Source of the DNA: Paraspadella gotoi
Taxonomy: Eukaryota; Animalia; Chaetognatha
Assembly: GCA_051294375.1 (NCBI GenBank)
Contig: CM119268.1
Location: forward strand, 22,331,628 to 22,395,627
DNA length: 64,000 nucleotides
Reading direction: 5' to 3'
Part shown: in pieces, positions 40,328-54,733 of the stretch
How the letters are laid out: each line of letters begins with the position of its first letter
How positions within the stretch are numbered: the stretch's first letter is position 1
The notes under the pieces: generated by a model
Database searches by the model: none
What the model saw: the letters and a program-made list of their open reading frames with translations, nothing else
Told to the model about the DNA's origin: nothing
Made by a program: the position numbers and the translations under genes

Positions 40328-41038
40328 GATGGATTCCATAACTTTCCTAATTGAATTCTCTCCTCTTTCCCCTTGCCCTTTCCCACTATCCCTCCCTCCT
40401 TCCTCTCCCTTCATCCCCTCCCCCTCTTCCGTTCTCTCCCTCCCCTCCTCCTCCCCTCCCTCTCTCTCTTCCTCTTTTTCCTCCCTCCCCTCCTCCTCTT
40501 TCCTCCCCCTCTCTTTCCTCCCTCCCCTCTTCCTCTTTCCTCCCTTCCCCTTCTCCCTCCTCCTCTTCCTCCCCTCTCCTCTCCTCCCTCCTCCCTCCCC
40601 TCCTTCTTCTCCTCCCCCCGTTCCTCCCTTCCTCCCCTCCTCTTCCTCCTTCCCCCTTCCTCCCTTTCCCTCTTCCCTCCTCCCCTCCTCTTCTTCCTCC
40701 CCCTTCCTCCTTCCTCTCCTGCCCTCTTCCTCTCTTCCCCCCCATTCCTCCCTCCCCTCTTCCTCTCTTCCCTCCCTCCCCTCCTCTTCTTCCTTCCCTC
40801 CTCCTTCCCTTCCCTCCCTGCCCTCTTCTCTCCTCCCCCCTCTTCCTCCTCCCTCCCTTCCCCTGCCTCCTCCTCCTAAGATTCTCAAATCGGGAGCGGG
40901 TTCGATCTCGCTTCAGACCCGGATGTGGACCCGGATGTGGAACCCGAACCGCGAAATTCGTTTCTCGAGCGACGAAGATCTGAGACGTTTTGGAATTTGG
41001 CGGGAAAATATGACGACGGCGTCGTTTATTTTTATCAA
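40078..41038 (+). CDS. Possible exons of an unidentified gene
   Basis: GC-rich segments 40078-40279 and 40881-41038 follow long pyrimidine tracts plus AG and are bounded by GT; reading frame ambiguous. Confidence 0.3.
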
Positions 41039-41799
41039 GTGGGTTGTTGTTGTCGTCGTCGTCGTTGTTATTGTTGTTGTTATGGTAATCGTCGTTGCTG
41101 ATTTTTGGTGGCCATTGTTCTTAGCTTGTTTGTTTTTTATTCATTTTCCTTTTATTGTTTTTTCATTTGTTTTAATTTTTTGTAATTTGTTTTGCTTAAT
41201 TGATATATTTTTTTTTAATTCATGTCCTATCCATTTATTTTTGTAATTATAATAATCGTGTTATTGTGTTTTTTTTTCTGTCGGTGTTGTTTTCTTTTTT
41301 TTAAATACATTCATATTTTCTAAAACGCAAAACGTTACCCTGTATCTATCTCTCTCTTATTCTACCCGACATTATCCGCCAAAACCCGACAGGACAGATT
41401 GTGTCGGCAAATAAAGAAAGAGGACGAATATCGCGCCGGACACAAATGGACTCGTCGGAATCGGTTTTACCGACTAGAGTGGCGGCTTTTGTCGGCCGAG
41501 GAGGCCGCGGTTATAATTCAGGCCGCGTGGAGAGGGTGAGAGATTTTTGGGTTTGGGTGGTGAGTGGCATTGGGTGAGTTGGTGACTGGTTATTGACAGA
41601 GAAAACGAATTCGCTCTCTTTTCCAAAAACGTTTCATTTCGTTGCCTTAATCCCTTAATATTTAACCAAAACTGATAGCCCAATCCATAATCTTAATCCC
41701 TAATGCTAATTCTTAACCAAATCGTTAACCCTAATCAAAAATTTATTTCTTATATTTAAACTGTATTCTCTAACCCTAAAGCCATGTCATGTCCTTAAC

Positions 41800-44160
41800 C
41801 TTAACTTAAATCTGTAACCTAATCCCACATCCTTTACTTTATTCTAACTCCTAATCCCTCATCCTTTACTTTATTCTAACCCCTAATCCCTCATCCTTTA
41901 CTTTATTCTAGAGAGAGATTTTATTGTAAAGCCGCTAATCACCTGTCATCCTTTAATTTTATTCTAAACGCCCTAATACCCTCAATGCTTACTTTAATCT
42001 GTAACCCTAATCTACCACATCCTTTACTTTATTCTAACTCCTAATCTCTCATCCTTTTATTTATCTAACTTTACTAATCTCCCCTTTAACTTATTCTAAT
42101 CTCTCAATCCCTCACCTAATTCCCTAATCACTCTTCTTTATATGCTCCCTACTTATCTACTATTTAACTCCTAATCCCTTCATCCTTTATTACTTATTCT
42201 AACCTACTAATCCCTCAATCCTTTACTTTTTCTTAATCCCTAATTCCCTCATGCCTTTCTTTATGTTAAGCTCCTAATCCTTCATCCTTTAGTTTATTCT
42301 AATCCTAATCCTTCACATCCTTTACTTTATTCTAAGCCTACTAATGCTCTCTATCTTATACTTATTCTTAAGCCTAATTCTTCATCCTTTATTTATTTCT
42401 AAGCCCCTAATCCTCATCCTTTTACGTTGTATTTCTAAGCCTCATAATTACTTCATCCCTTACTTTATTGTGCTAACCCCTAATTCCATCATCCTTTGAC
42501 TTTACTTCTAATACGTAATCGCTCCTCCTTTACTTATTCTACCCCCTAATGCCCATCTCCTTTACCTTTACTTCAAACTCGCTAATCCTTTCCATCCTTT
42601 TACTTTATCTCCGCTAATGCCCTCATCTGATTATTCTAACCCTAATCCTCCTTTATTTTATCGTTAACCCCTAATCCTCATCCTTTACTTTATTTCTAAC
42701 TCCTAATCCTTTCATCCTTTACTTATCTAAATCTCTAATCCACATCCTTTACTTTTATTCTAACCTACTAATCCCTGGTCATGCCTTACTTTATTCTAAC
42801 CCCTAATCCCACATCTTTACTTTTATTCTAACTCCTAATCCTTTCATTCCATTTACTTTATTTCTAACCCCTAATCGACACATCCTTTACTTATTCTAAC
42901 ACTCTAAATCCCTCATCCCTTTACTTTATCGTTAACCCCTAATCCCTCATCCTTTACTTTTAACTTTTCACAGCTCTAACAGGAATCCCGTTTTAAAAAA
43001 TACAATATTTTTTAAAAAAAATTTGTTATTTATATATATTAATAAATATTTAAAAGCTTCAGTGTAACAACCCAATAACTAATTCAACAAGTTGCATTGA
43101 AATCGATTTCAGTAATAGAAGGAAAAAAGAAAATTTTTTGAGAAAAATAGAGTTATAAAAAGTTTTCCATTTCTGGCCCGCCCTGTATTCNNNNNNNNNN
43201 NNNNNNNNNNNNNNNGTTAAGCCCTAATCACCGTCATCCGTTTATTTTATTCTAAACCCCTATCCTCAATCTTACTTATTCTAAAGCTCCCTATTACTCA
43301 CCTTACTACTACCATTTACCTTTATTTATTCTAACTACTAATTCTCCTTTACATCGTACTATACCTACCTCATCTATTGCTTATATTCTAACTCCACCTT
43401 CATCCCTTTATATTATCTAAGCCTCTAATCCTCAATCCTTTATTTTTCTAACCCTAATCCTCATGCCTTTACTTTATTCTAAGCCCTAATGCTCTTCATG
43501 CCTTTATTTATTCTTAACTCTCTAATTCTACATCCTTTACTTTATTTCTAAGACCTTAATGCCTCATCTTACTATTGGTAAGGGCTAATCAGTCACTTTA
43601 TTATTCTAAGACCCATTCCCTAATCTTTCTTTATCTAGCCTTTACCATCTTATTTAGTGCTAACCCCTAATTCCTCATCCTTTACTTTACTTCTAATACG
43701 TAATCCTCCTCCTTTACTTTATTCTACCCCCTAATTGCCCATCATCTTTACCTTTACTTCTAAACTCCTATAATCCTTTCCATCCTTTTACTTTATTCTG
43801 CTACCTCTAATCCCTCATCCTTGTATTTTATCGTACCTACCTATTCTTCTTTTTGTAACCCTAATCCTCATCCTTTACTTTATTTCTAACTCCTAATCCT
43901 CTCATCCTTTACTTTATCTAAATCTCTAATCCACATCCTTTACTTTTATTCTAACCTACTAATCCCTGCATCCTTACTTATTTCTAACCCCTAATGCCCA
44001 CATCTTTACTTTATTCTAACTCCTAATCCTTTCATTTCCTTTACTTTATTTCTAACCCCCTAATCACACCATTCCTTTACTTATTCTAAACCTCTAATCC
44101 CGTCATCCCTTTACTTTATCGCTTAACCCCTAATCCTCATCCCTTTATTTTAACTATTTC
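41800..44160. repeat. ~33 bp satellite (ccctaatccctcatcctttactttattctaa)n, present twice around a gap
   Basis: Array 41800-42960 and an indel-rich duplicate 43216-44160, with the same unique flank repeated after each. Confidence 0.9.
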
Positions 44161-44379
44161 ACAGCTCTACAGGAATCCGTTTTTAAAAATACAATTATTT
44201 TTTAAAAAAAATTTTGTTATTTATATATATTAATAAATATTTAAAAAAGCTTCAGGTAACATACCCAATAACTAATTCAACAAGTTGCATTGAAATCGAT
44301 TTCAGTAATAGAAGGAAAAAAAGAAAGTTTTTTGAGAAAATAGAAGTTATAAAAATTTTTCATTTTGGGCCGCCCTGAC

Positions 44380-47300
44380 TATTATATAAGGAAGTATAAT
44401 TAACATTCTAATAACTGTGAAATATATTAAACTTTTGACTTTCCATTAGTGTAAATTAATCCAATTTAGTCTAATAATATTATAAATCAAAGTAATCTTA
44501 AAATTGTTCATACTTAGTTATATAAGATTATTAGTTTTATTTAATATTATATATGTAGAAATATATTTATTTTTATGTATAATTTATAAAACAAATAACC
44601 TCTCAATTTCGGAAGTACCTAATGATGCCTGAGGCGGGCTGACATCTCATCAATTTGGCTTAAGGGGCTTCGGACCCTCAGTGGAAGCCTCAAATCCACT
44701 GGCGCGTTCTAAGTAAACGTCCGTCACGCTTTGCCCATTGACAAAGTTTGCTAATATATTCATTTTTAATTTTGATTCTTTCATTAAGTTGGTTTTAAAA
44801 TTAAAAAAAAACTGTAAATAATTTTAAGCAAATGAATTTCGCGCTTTTTTATAGTCATTTTTAACCAACTTAAATGACGAAATTCAAATCTGCTATGAAA
44901 TTATATTAATGTATCTAATCAAAATGATGAGATATCATTAAATCAGTCAATTTGAGTTAGATACATAACTTTTTTTTTATATCTTTTTTAATTTTTTTCT
45001 TTTTTTTTTTTTTTTTGTTTTTTTTGTTTTTTTTTTTTTTATTTTTTTTTTTTTATTTTTTTGAAGTTTTTGTTTTTTTTTTTTATTGTTTTAATTTTTG
45101 CTTGTATGTATATTTTTTTTTTTTTTTGTTTTTTTATTTTTTTTTGTCAAAAATACATGAAGTAAAAGCATTATACAGACATCACAGGGAAATATTTTTG
45201 AGCAACTACATCAAAGAAATATGTCCACTAATGACAAATTAAAAAAAGAAAAGAAAAGAATTGAGGAATATTAGATCTATATTATAACATAAACGAATTA
45301 ATATGATTCAGATCTCTTTGCGCAAAACGAATTCGCCTGCTTCTCAAATAGGGGCAGAAGATCCCAGCCCCGAACCGTTCGGCTGTCGTTTGAAGCGGGC
45401 ATGTTCGCAGAGGTCCCATGACCTAATGACCGCTGTCTTCTCGGGAACGGAGAGTCTTCCGCGAAGCCGAGTCTGAATGGAACCGTCCATTCTGTTCCAT
45501 CATGAAGCAATCTGAAGCGCGTGTCGAGCGGTGGAGCATTTTTCATCGAAGCGGGCAGAGATTGAAGCGCTCTGCCATCCGGGTTAAGTCGGGGCGCACG
45601 AGGAGCGAAGACGGCTGGAGGAAGGTACGGCGGGGTTGGAGCTGGAGGAGGGATTAGCGCCGGGACCGGCACCTGCGGAGGAGATTAGCGGGCGGAGGAA
45701 TGGAACGGGCATCATACGGAGGGACTGCACCGCAGGAGGGGATTTAGCGCCGGCAGGATGGATCGGGCGATACATCGGAGGGTTTGGCGGGTGGGCTGGT
45801 GGACGGAAATCATTCGGAGAGGTTTGCGCCTGGCTATATGGGATGGACGGGCACGATCGGAGTGGTTTGGCGCCGCTGGTAGGACGGGCAATTCATCGGA
45901 AGGGGTTTGGCAGCCAGCTGGTGGAGTGGATCTGGTGAGTTGGCATGACGGAGGGCAATCGGGGTTGGTCGCCGCGGTGGACGATCATCGCAGGATTGGC
46001 GTGAGCATGTCATTGGTCGGTGCATTGGCCCGCGCAGGGATGGACAGTTCATCCGCGTCCGAAGGATATAGCGAGGCACCCGCTGGCCGGGCGCTCTGGA
46101 GAGCAGCACGCGCAAATTGGTTGGTCACCCGCAGGAAGGTTATCGGCACCGTAGGTGGGGATGGGAACCACAGGTGGATTGCGCGGGGTACCATCGGCGA
46201 AGTTGGAACGGCCGACGGGATGGGCACGGCGGGCCAGGCGGGGAAACCCCAAGTAAAGATCGGCCGACACCGGAGGCCCACGCGGGCGGCGGGAGCGGGG
46301 CCTGCAGCCAGCAACCCAGGTCCTAGCCAGGCCAAGGTTGCCTGACGGACGCCAGAGAACGGAAGGGAAGTCCCATTGTGGTTGAGATCCGGTTTGGTGA
46401 AACATTTCGTTTTTCAAAGGGATTGAAATCGCGAGAGAGAGACGATGACGAAGGTTGATTTTGAGAGAACTTGATAGAGCAGAGAAGTGGAGAGGAAATT
46501 ATGTCAGAGTTTTTTGTGAGAAAAATCACAGGATCGATGATATGACGACGAGAGAGGAGAGAGTTTGTTAAGATAGAACTTTTTTCCCGGAATGGAGATG
46601 AAATCTTTGGGAAACGTCTCCTCTTTTAAAGGTAAACGGGAGCCGCGGAAGCAAGAAGCGAGGAGATACGCGAGAGAGAGAGAGAGAAGCAGAGAGAGAG
46701 AGAGAGAGGAGAAGAGACAGGTATGAAGCCCGAAAGCGCAAATGGAGATCGAGACAATTTTGACTGACTATATAAGGAATATAATTAAATCTAATACATA
46801 GTGAAATATATTAAACTTTTACTTTCATTAGTAAATTTAATCCAATTTAGTCTAATATAATAAATCAAGTAATCTTAAAATTGTTCATACTTATTATATA
46901 AGATTATTAGTTTTATTTAATATATATATAAAATATATTTATTTTTTTATAATTTATAAAACAAATAACCTCTCAATTTTCGGAGTACCTAATGATGCCT
47001 GAGGCGGGTGACATCTCATCAATTGGCTTAAGGGGCTTCGGACCCTCAGTGGAAGCCTCAAATCCACTGGCGCGTTTAAGTAAACTCCGTCACGCTTTGC
47101 CATGACAAAGTTTGCTAATATAATTCATTTTTAATTTGATTCTTTCATTAAGTTGGTTTTAAATTAAAAAAAAACTGTAAATAATTTTAAGCATGAAATT
47201 TCGGCTTATTTTAAGTATTTTAACCAACTTAATGACGAAATTCAAATCTGCTATGAATTATATTAATGTATCTAATCAAAATGATGAGATACATTAATAT

Positions 47301-49133
47301 CATCATTTTGATTAGATACATAACTTTTTTTTTAAATCTTTTTTAAATTTTTTTCTTTTTTTTTTTTTTTTTGTTTTTTTTTTTTTTTTTGTTTTTTTTT
47401 TTTTTAATTTTTTTTTTTTTAAATTTTTTTGAAGTTTAAATTGTTTTTTTTTTTTATTGTTTTTTTTATTATTTTATTGTTTTCTTTTTTGTTGGTATAT
47501 TTTTTAGTTTTTGTTTTGTTTTTTGTATTTTTTTTTGTCAAAAAAATACATGAATAGAAAGCATTGATACAAGACAATCTACAGGGAAAGTATTTTTGAG
47601 CAACTACATCAAAGAAATATGTCCACTAATGACAAATTAAAAAAAAAAAAGAAAAGAAATTGAGGAGATCATTACGACTATATTATAAACATAAACGAAT
47701 TAATATGATTCAGATCTCTTTGCGCAAAAACGAATTCGCCTGCTTCTCAATAGGGGGCAGAAGACTCCAGCCCCGAACGCGTCGGCTGTCGTTTGAAGCA
47801 GGGTCATGGTGTGCGCAGAGGTCCCATGACCTAATGACCGACTGTCCTTCTCGGGAACGAGAGGAGTCTTCCGCGAACAGACCGAGTCTGAATGGAACCG
47901 TCCATATCTTTTGCCTCATGTAAAGCAAATGCTGAACTGGCGTGTCGAGCGGTGGAGCATTTTCAATCCGAAGCGGGCAGAGATTTGAGCGCTCTGCCAT
48001 CCGGGTAAGTCGGGGCGCCACGAGGAGCGAAGACGGCTGGAGAAGGTACGGCGGGGTTGGAGCTGGAGGAGGGATTAGCGCCCCGGGACGCGGGCAACCT
48101 GGGCAGGAGATTAGCGGGCGGAGGAATGGTACGGGCATCATACGAGGGACTGCACCGCAGGAGGGATTTAGCGCCGCAGGATGGATGCGGGCGATCACAT
48201 CGGAGGGTTTTGGGCGGGTGGGAGCTGGGTGGACGGAAATCGTAATCGGAGGAGGTTATGCGCCTGGCTATATGGGATGGACGGGCACGATCGGAGTGGT
48301 TTTGGCGCGGCGCTGGAGGACGGGCAGTCATCGGAAGGGGGTTTGGCAGCCAGCCTGTGGGTGGATCTGGTGATCATACGGAGATGGGGTTGGTCGCGCT
48401 GGACTGCATGTCAGATCTTGAGATGCATTGGTCGGTGGGCCCGGCAGGGATGAGCGTTCATCCAGCGCCGAAAGGCATTAGCGAGGCACCCCCGCTGCGC
48501 CGGGGCGCCTGGAGACGCCCAAGCACCGCAAATATGGTTGGTCACCCGCAGGAAGGTTATCGGCCACGTAGGTGCGGGATGGGAACCACAAGGGCTGATT
48601 GCGCGGGGTACCATCGGCGAAGTTGGAACGGCCGACGGGATGGGCACGGCGGGCCAGGCGGGAAAACCCCAAGTAAAGATCGGACAAGACACCCTGGAGG
48701 CCCACGCGGGCGGCCGGAGCGGGGCCTGCAGCGCAGGCAAACCCAGGTCCTGCCAGGCCAAGGTTGCTGACGACGCCCAAGAGGCAACGGAAGGGAAGTC
48801 CCATTGGGTTGAGATCCGAGTGGGAAACATTTCGTTTTCAAAAGGATTGAAATCGCGAAGAGAGAGACGATGACGCAAGGTTGATTTTTGAGAGATATCT
48901 TTGATAGAGGCAGGAGAAGTGGAGAGGAAAACTGTCCAGAGATTTTTGTGAGAAAAATCACAGGACGAGATATGACGACGAGAGAGGAGAGAGAGTTTTG
49001 TTAAGATAGGAACTTTTTCCCCGGAAGGAGATGAAATCTTTGGGAACGTCGACCTCTTTTAAAGGGACGGGAGCCCGCGAAGAAGCACCAGGAACGCGAA
49101 GGAGAAGAGAGAGAGAAGAGAGAGAGAGAGAGA

Positions 49134-49170
<37 letters not shown>

Positions 49171-50806
49171 ATGAAGCCCGAAAGCGAAATGGAGATCGGA
49201 GACATAACATGACAATGACAAGACGACGAACGATGATGAAGACGATGAAAAATGAAAACCCACGATACGGCGGAGAACTATAAAATTTAGACGAAGAAAC
49301 ATTTTTTAAGATAAAAAACAATGAAAATTGGTAGAACCATTTAAAATATTTAATACAATCCTTTTGTAGAGGGCTCAAGTCTAAAAAAAATGATGTTCCC
49401 TCTTTGATAGAAACCCTAAAAAAATCCCATCATGTAGAATTAGCCATGAACCTTGTAAATCATCCTGAAACAGCAATTGAAATAAAAACCGAAACTGATT
49501 GATTATCTTACACACCGGAAATTTATAAAACCGAAGAAATGCAAACCTAAAATGCAGTAATCTAGGTACCTTAGAAAAAACCAAAAATAATAAAAAAAAT
49601 TTAGAAAATAAAACCTGGAAATTTAAAACCTAAAGAATTCTTTTACTTTTAATTTCTTATATTTTTATTTGATTCTTAGGCTGGTCAACGAATACGAGAA
49701 TTTTTTTTTTAAAAATTGTTATGAAATTTATTTATTAGAACTTAAAAAGATTAAAAAACAAGAAAGCCTGATTACTTTTTTTTTCCTTTCCCCCCATACA
49801 ATAGGCAAGAGATCATTCAAAAAGGAAACGAGAAATAGCAAAAGTTCGTAATTAACAATAAGCCTTTAAACCACCAATAGACTTGTCGCAAGTCAGGGAG
49901 CAAGATAGCTTATTTATTAATGAAGGATAATTTTTATATTCGGTGTATACCAATTTCATAAACTTCAAGCTTTTTGATGCCGGGCGAGTATACAATATAG
50001 TATTCCCCCAATCTAATACTTATGGGAGTTTGTCTTTTTCATTACAATTGAACATTATTTTTAAAATCATTCATAAACACACCATTTTGATAGGGGAAAG
50101 CCAGGTACTCGGGAGTGAAATAAACAGACTGTGAGAGAGTCTTGGACTGGTGAGAGAGTCTTGAATTGAAAAGATTGCGCCAGGGACGCATGCCTATGGG
50201 TCATTATCTTGTAAAGTTAAATGGAAGGCCTATAAATAACCCCACCAAAGCCTGTCCCAAAGTCCAAAGACAAATATTTTTTTTTTAGAGATAACTACAT
50301 ATTTTTAGAGCAACGGACAATATATAACATTTTGTATTAAAAGTAGAGGTTCTGATACCACGAAAAAATTATATTATGTTGTCATGTTTTTTGTCAAACT
50401 ATTCCTAAAAATATTTTCTTACACTTCCTGGAAACTTCGGTTTCAACAAACAAGATGCAGTCGAACACCCAGACGGCCACCTGGCAATTCCCCCTCATGT
50501 GCAAATAATGGTTAAAAATAAAAAAAAGCTTCCGGGATAAGACAGATAACAATGTTCAAACTTGGGAAGAACATAAGGAAGAAAAAGGAAAAGAGAAAAG
50601 GGAAAAAAATAGATAGAAAGAAGAAAAAATAATATTGGGTTATCGAACCTGAATCAAAAATCTAGCGACAACTCCTCGACTTTCACAATATACATCGGAA
50701 AAGTAGAACATGACGTCAGCCAGAAGATCAAAATGGACGAGAGAATCGATTGACCGAGAGAGGAGAGAGAGGAGAGAGAGGGAGAGAGAAGATAGAGAAA
50801 GAGAGA

Positions 50807-50855
<49 letters not shown>

Positions 50856-51048
50856 TGTGAACACTATGAACATGAATAAGACTAAACCCGAGCGCAATTT
50901 TACTGAGGTCATGAGGTCCTTACGTTTACGAAAAACTAAGGTAACGGAAAAAGTCATTTTTAAAAACGTAGAAAAAGAAAATTTTAAAAACTATGTGCAG
51001 ACTTATCAAATTGAGAGAGAGAGAGGAAGAGCAGAGAGAGAGAGAGGA

Positions 51049-51096
<48 letters not shown>

Positions 51097-51420
51097 GAGA
51101 TGGCGATTCCGATCTCAAAATCGAGTTCGTTAAAACAAAAGACCAGAGACAAAAAGGAAAACAAAACCGACTCATGAAACCTTTGTTAAGCCCCTCCATA
51201 TGCAGAATTCAGCCCTGATTCGCGCAGAGTGCATACCATGACCCGATCGGGGGTCAGGAAACGCTCCCCACCCTTTTCAACCACCAGGAGCCTTTTTTTT
51301 TTTTTTCCTCGCTTGTTCCTTCGTTGGGGGGGCCGAAAATACGATATCACAATGGCAGTGACAACAGTGACAATGATAATATCGTCCCGATTCTCGCTGT
51401 TTGCAAATTTCTCCTCATCC
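44380..51420. other. Indel-rich redundant copies of the Pro-rich gene locus (probable uncorrected long-read gap fill)
   Basis: 44380-46760 resembles 46765-49205; 48230-48930 resembles 51605-52188; 49218-50075 resembles 52579-53345; 51130-51410 resembles 54047-54290. Differences are mostly scattered 1-2 nt indels. Confidence 0.8.
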
Positions 51421-51604
51421 TCTCTCTCTCTCTCTCTTCAGTCTCGTCACCGTCTCATCCTCATCTCTTTCTCTTCTCCTCTCCATCTCTTCCTCTCTCT
51501 TCTCTACCACCCGATCTCATCTCTCTCTCTAATCTCTCATACCTCACCTCTTGCCCCTCATCTCCTCTCTCTTTCTCCCNNNNNNNNNNNNNNNNNNNNN
51601 NNNN

Positions 51605-52094
51605 GGTGGACGGGCATCATCGGAGGGTTTGGCGCCGCTGGATGGACGGGCATCATCGGAGGGGTTGGCGCCGCTGGGTGGACGGGAATCATCGGAGGGG
51701 TTGGCGCCGCTGGATGCATGTTCATCGGTGGATGCATTGGCGCCGCAGGATGGACGTTCATCGGCGCCGAAGGATAGCGAGGCACCGCTGGCGGCGCTGG
51801 AGAGGCAGGCACCGCAAATTGGTTGGTCACCGCAGGAAGGTTACGCACCGTAGGCGGGATGGGAACCACAGGTTGGATTGGCGCGGGTACCATCGGCGGA
51901 ATTGGAACGGCCGACGGGATGGGCACGGCGGGCCAGGCGGGAACCCCAGTAAAGATCGGCGCCACCGGAGGCCCAGCGGGCGGCGGGAGCGGGGCTGCAC
52001 CAGGCAACCCAGGTCCTTGCCAGGCCAAGGTTGGCCTGACGACGCCAGGAACGAAGGGAGTCGCCATTGGGTTGAGATCCGAGTTGGGAAACAT
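51605..52094 (-). CDS. PAM2-motif, proline-rich repeat protein (clean partial copy, runs into gap)
   Basis: MFPNSDLNPMATPFVPG fits PAM2 (LNxxAxxFxP), followed by a Pro-rich region with 12-aa repeats HPAAPTPPMMPV. The C-terminal part is readable only in the noisy copies. Confidence 0.6.
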
Positions 52095-54733
52095 TTTCGT
52101 TTTCAAAGGATTGAAATCGCGAGAGAGAGACGATGACGAAGGTTGATTTTTGAGAGATTTGATAGAGAGAGAGTGGAGAGGAAAAATGNNNNNNNNNNNN
52201 NNNNNNNNNNNNNNNNNNNNNNNNNNNNNNNNNNNNNNNNNNNNNNNNNNNNNNNNNNNNNNNNNNNNNNNNNNNNNNNNNNNNNNNNNNNNNNNNNNNN
52301 NNNNNNNNNNNNNNNNNNNNNNNNNNNNNNNNNNNNNNNNNNNNNNNNNNNNNNNNNNNNNNNNNNNNNNNNNNNNNNNNNNNNNNNNNNNNNNNNNNNN
52401 NNNNNNNNNNNNNNNNNNNNNNNNNNNNNNNNNNNNNNNNNNNNNNNNNNNNNNNNNNNNNNNNNNNNNNNNNNNNNNNNNNNNNNNNNNNNNNNNNNNN
52501 NNNNNNNNNNNNNNNNNNNNNNNNNNNNNNNNNNNNNNNNNNNNNNNNNNNNNNNNNNNNNNNNNNNNNNNNNNNNNNACGACGATGATGAAGACGATGA
52601 AAATGACCACGATACGACGACTAAAATTTAGACGAAAGAAAGATTTTTTTAGACTAAAAAACATGAAAATTGGTAGAAGCCATTTAAATATTATACAATC
52701 CTTTTGCAGTCCTAAAAAAAATAGATATTCCCTTGATTAGAATAACTAAAAAAATCCTCATTAGAATTAGTCCTGAACTGTAAATCCTGAAACAGAAATT
52801 GAAATAAAAACCGAAACTGATTATTATCTTACACCGGAAATTAAAACCAAGAAATGCAAACCTAATGCATAATCTAGTACCTAGAAAATAAAACCAAAAA
52901 ATAAAAAAATTAGAAAATAAAACCTGAAATTTAAAACCTAAAGATTCTTTACTTTTAATTCTTATTTTCTTGGATTCTTAGCTGGTGAACGATACGAGCA
53001 ATTTTTTTTTAAATTGATTAATAAATATTTATTATTAGAACTAAAAGATAAAACAAGAAAAGCTGATACTTTTTTTTTCCTTTCCCATACAATAGGCCAG
53101 AGATCATTCAAACGAGAATAGCAAAGTTCGTCATTAACAATAAGCCTTAAACCACCAAAGACTGTCCAAAGTCAGGAGCAAGATAGCTTATTTATTAAAT
53201 GAATGGATAATTTTTATATTGGTTGTACCAATTTCATAAACTTCAGCTTTTTGATGCTGGGCGGAGTACAATATAGTATTCCCCAATCTAATACTTATGG
53301 GAGTTGTCTTTTCATACAATTGAAACATTCTTTTAAATATTATACNNNNNNNNNNNNNNNNNNNNNNNNNNNNNNNNNNNNNNNNNNNNNNNNNNNNNNN
53401 NNNNNNNNNNNNNNNNNNNNNNNNNNNNNNNNNNNNNNNNNNNNNNNNNNNNNNNNNNNNNNNNNNNNNNNNNNNNNNNNNNNNNNNNNNNNNNNNNNNN
53501 NNNNNNNNNNNNNNNNNNNNNNNNNNNNNNNNNNNNNNNNNNNNNNNNNNNNNNNNNNNNNNNNNNNNNNNNNNNNNNNNNNNNNNNNNNNNNNNNNNNN
53601 NNNNNNNNNNNNNNNNNNNNNNNNNNNNNNNNNNNNNNNNNNNNNNNNNNNNNNNNNNNNNNNNNNNNNNNNNNNNNNNNNNNNNNNNNNNNNNNNNNNN
53701 NNNNNNNNNNNNNNNNNNNNNNNNNNNNNNNNNNNNNNNNNNNNNNNNNNNNNNNNNNNNNNNNNNNNNNNNNNNNNNNNNNNNNNNNNNNNNNNNNNNN
53801 NNNNNNNNNNNNNNNNNNNNNNNNNNNNNNNNNNNNNNNNNNNNNNNNNNNNNNNNNNNNNNNNNNNNNNNNNNNNNNNNNNNNNNNNNNNNNNNNNNNN
53901 NNNNNNNNNNNNNNNNNNNNNNNNNNNNNNNNNNNNNNNNNNNNNNNNNNNNNNNNNNNNNNNNNNNNNNNNNNNNNNNNNNNNNNNNNNNNNNNNNNNN
54001 NNNNNNNNNNNNNNNNNNNNNNNNNNNNNNNNNNNNNNNNNNNNNTTAAACAAAAGACGAGACAAGGAAAACAAAACCGACTCATGAACCCTTTGTTAAG
54101 CCCCATATGGACCCATTTCAGCCCCTCGATTCGCGCAGGTGCATCCATGACCCGATCGGGGTCAGAACGCTCCCCCCTTTTCACCGGAGCCTTTTTTCTC
54201 GCTTGTTCCTTCGTTGGGCCGAAAATACGATATCACAATGCAGTGACACAGTGACAATGATAATATCGTCCGATTTCGCTGTTTGAATTCTCTCTCTCTC
54301 TCTCTCTCTCTCTNNNNNNNNNNNNNNNNNNNNNNNNNNNNNNNNNNNNNNNNNNNNNNNNNNNNNNNNNNNNNNNNNNNNNNNNNNNNNNNNNNNNNNN
54401 NNNNNNNNNNNNNNNNNNNNNNNNNNNNNNNNNNTCACCTCGTCATAAATATAATACAGTTCATAAGAATTCGAAAATCATTGATTAATTTGAATAATTT
54501 CAAGGGTTAACAGTTTTGGTTTATTCTTTTTAGTTTAACATTTTGTATATTATAATTTTTTAAATTTTACAGAGATAGTAAAGTTTTCCACTTTTAGTTT
54601 TTATCGAATCCCAAAAATATTTTGAAATTGACTCCTTTTTTTCTATCTAGTGTTTTCATAACACATAGACAAATCGCTCAGTTAATATGAATATATTAAT
54701 ATTAATTGTAAATTAATACAATATTTTTCCCAG

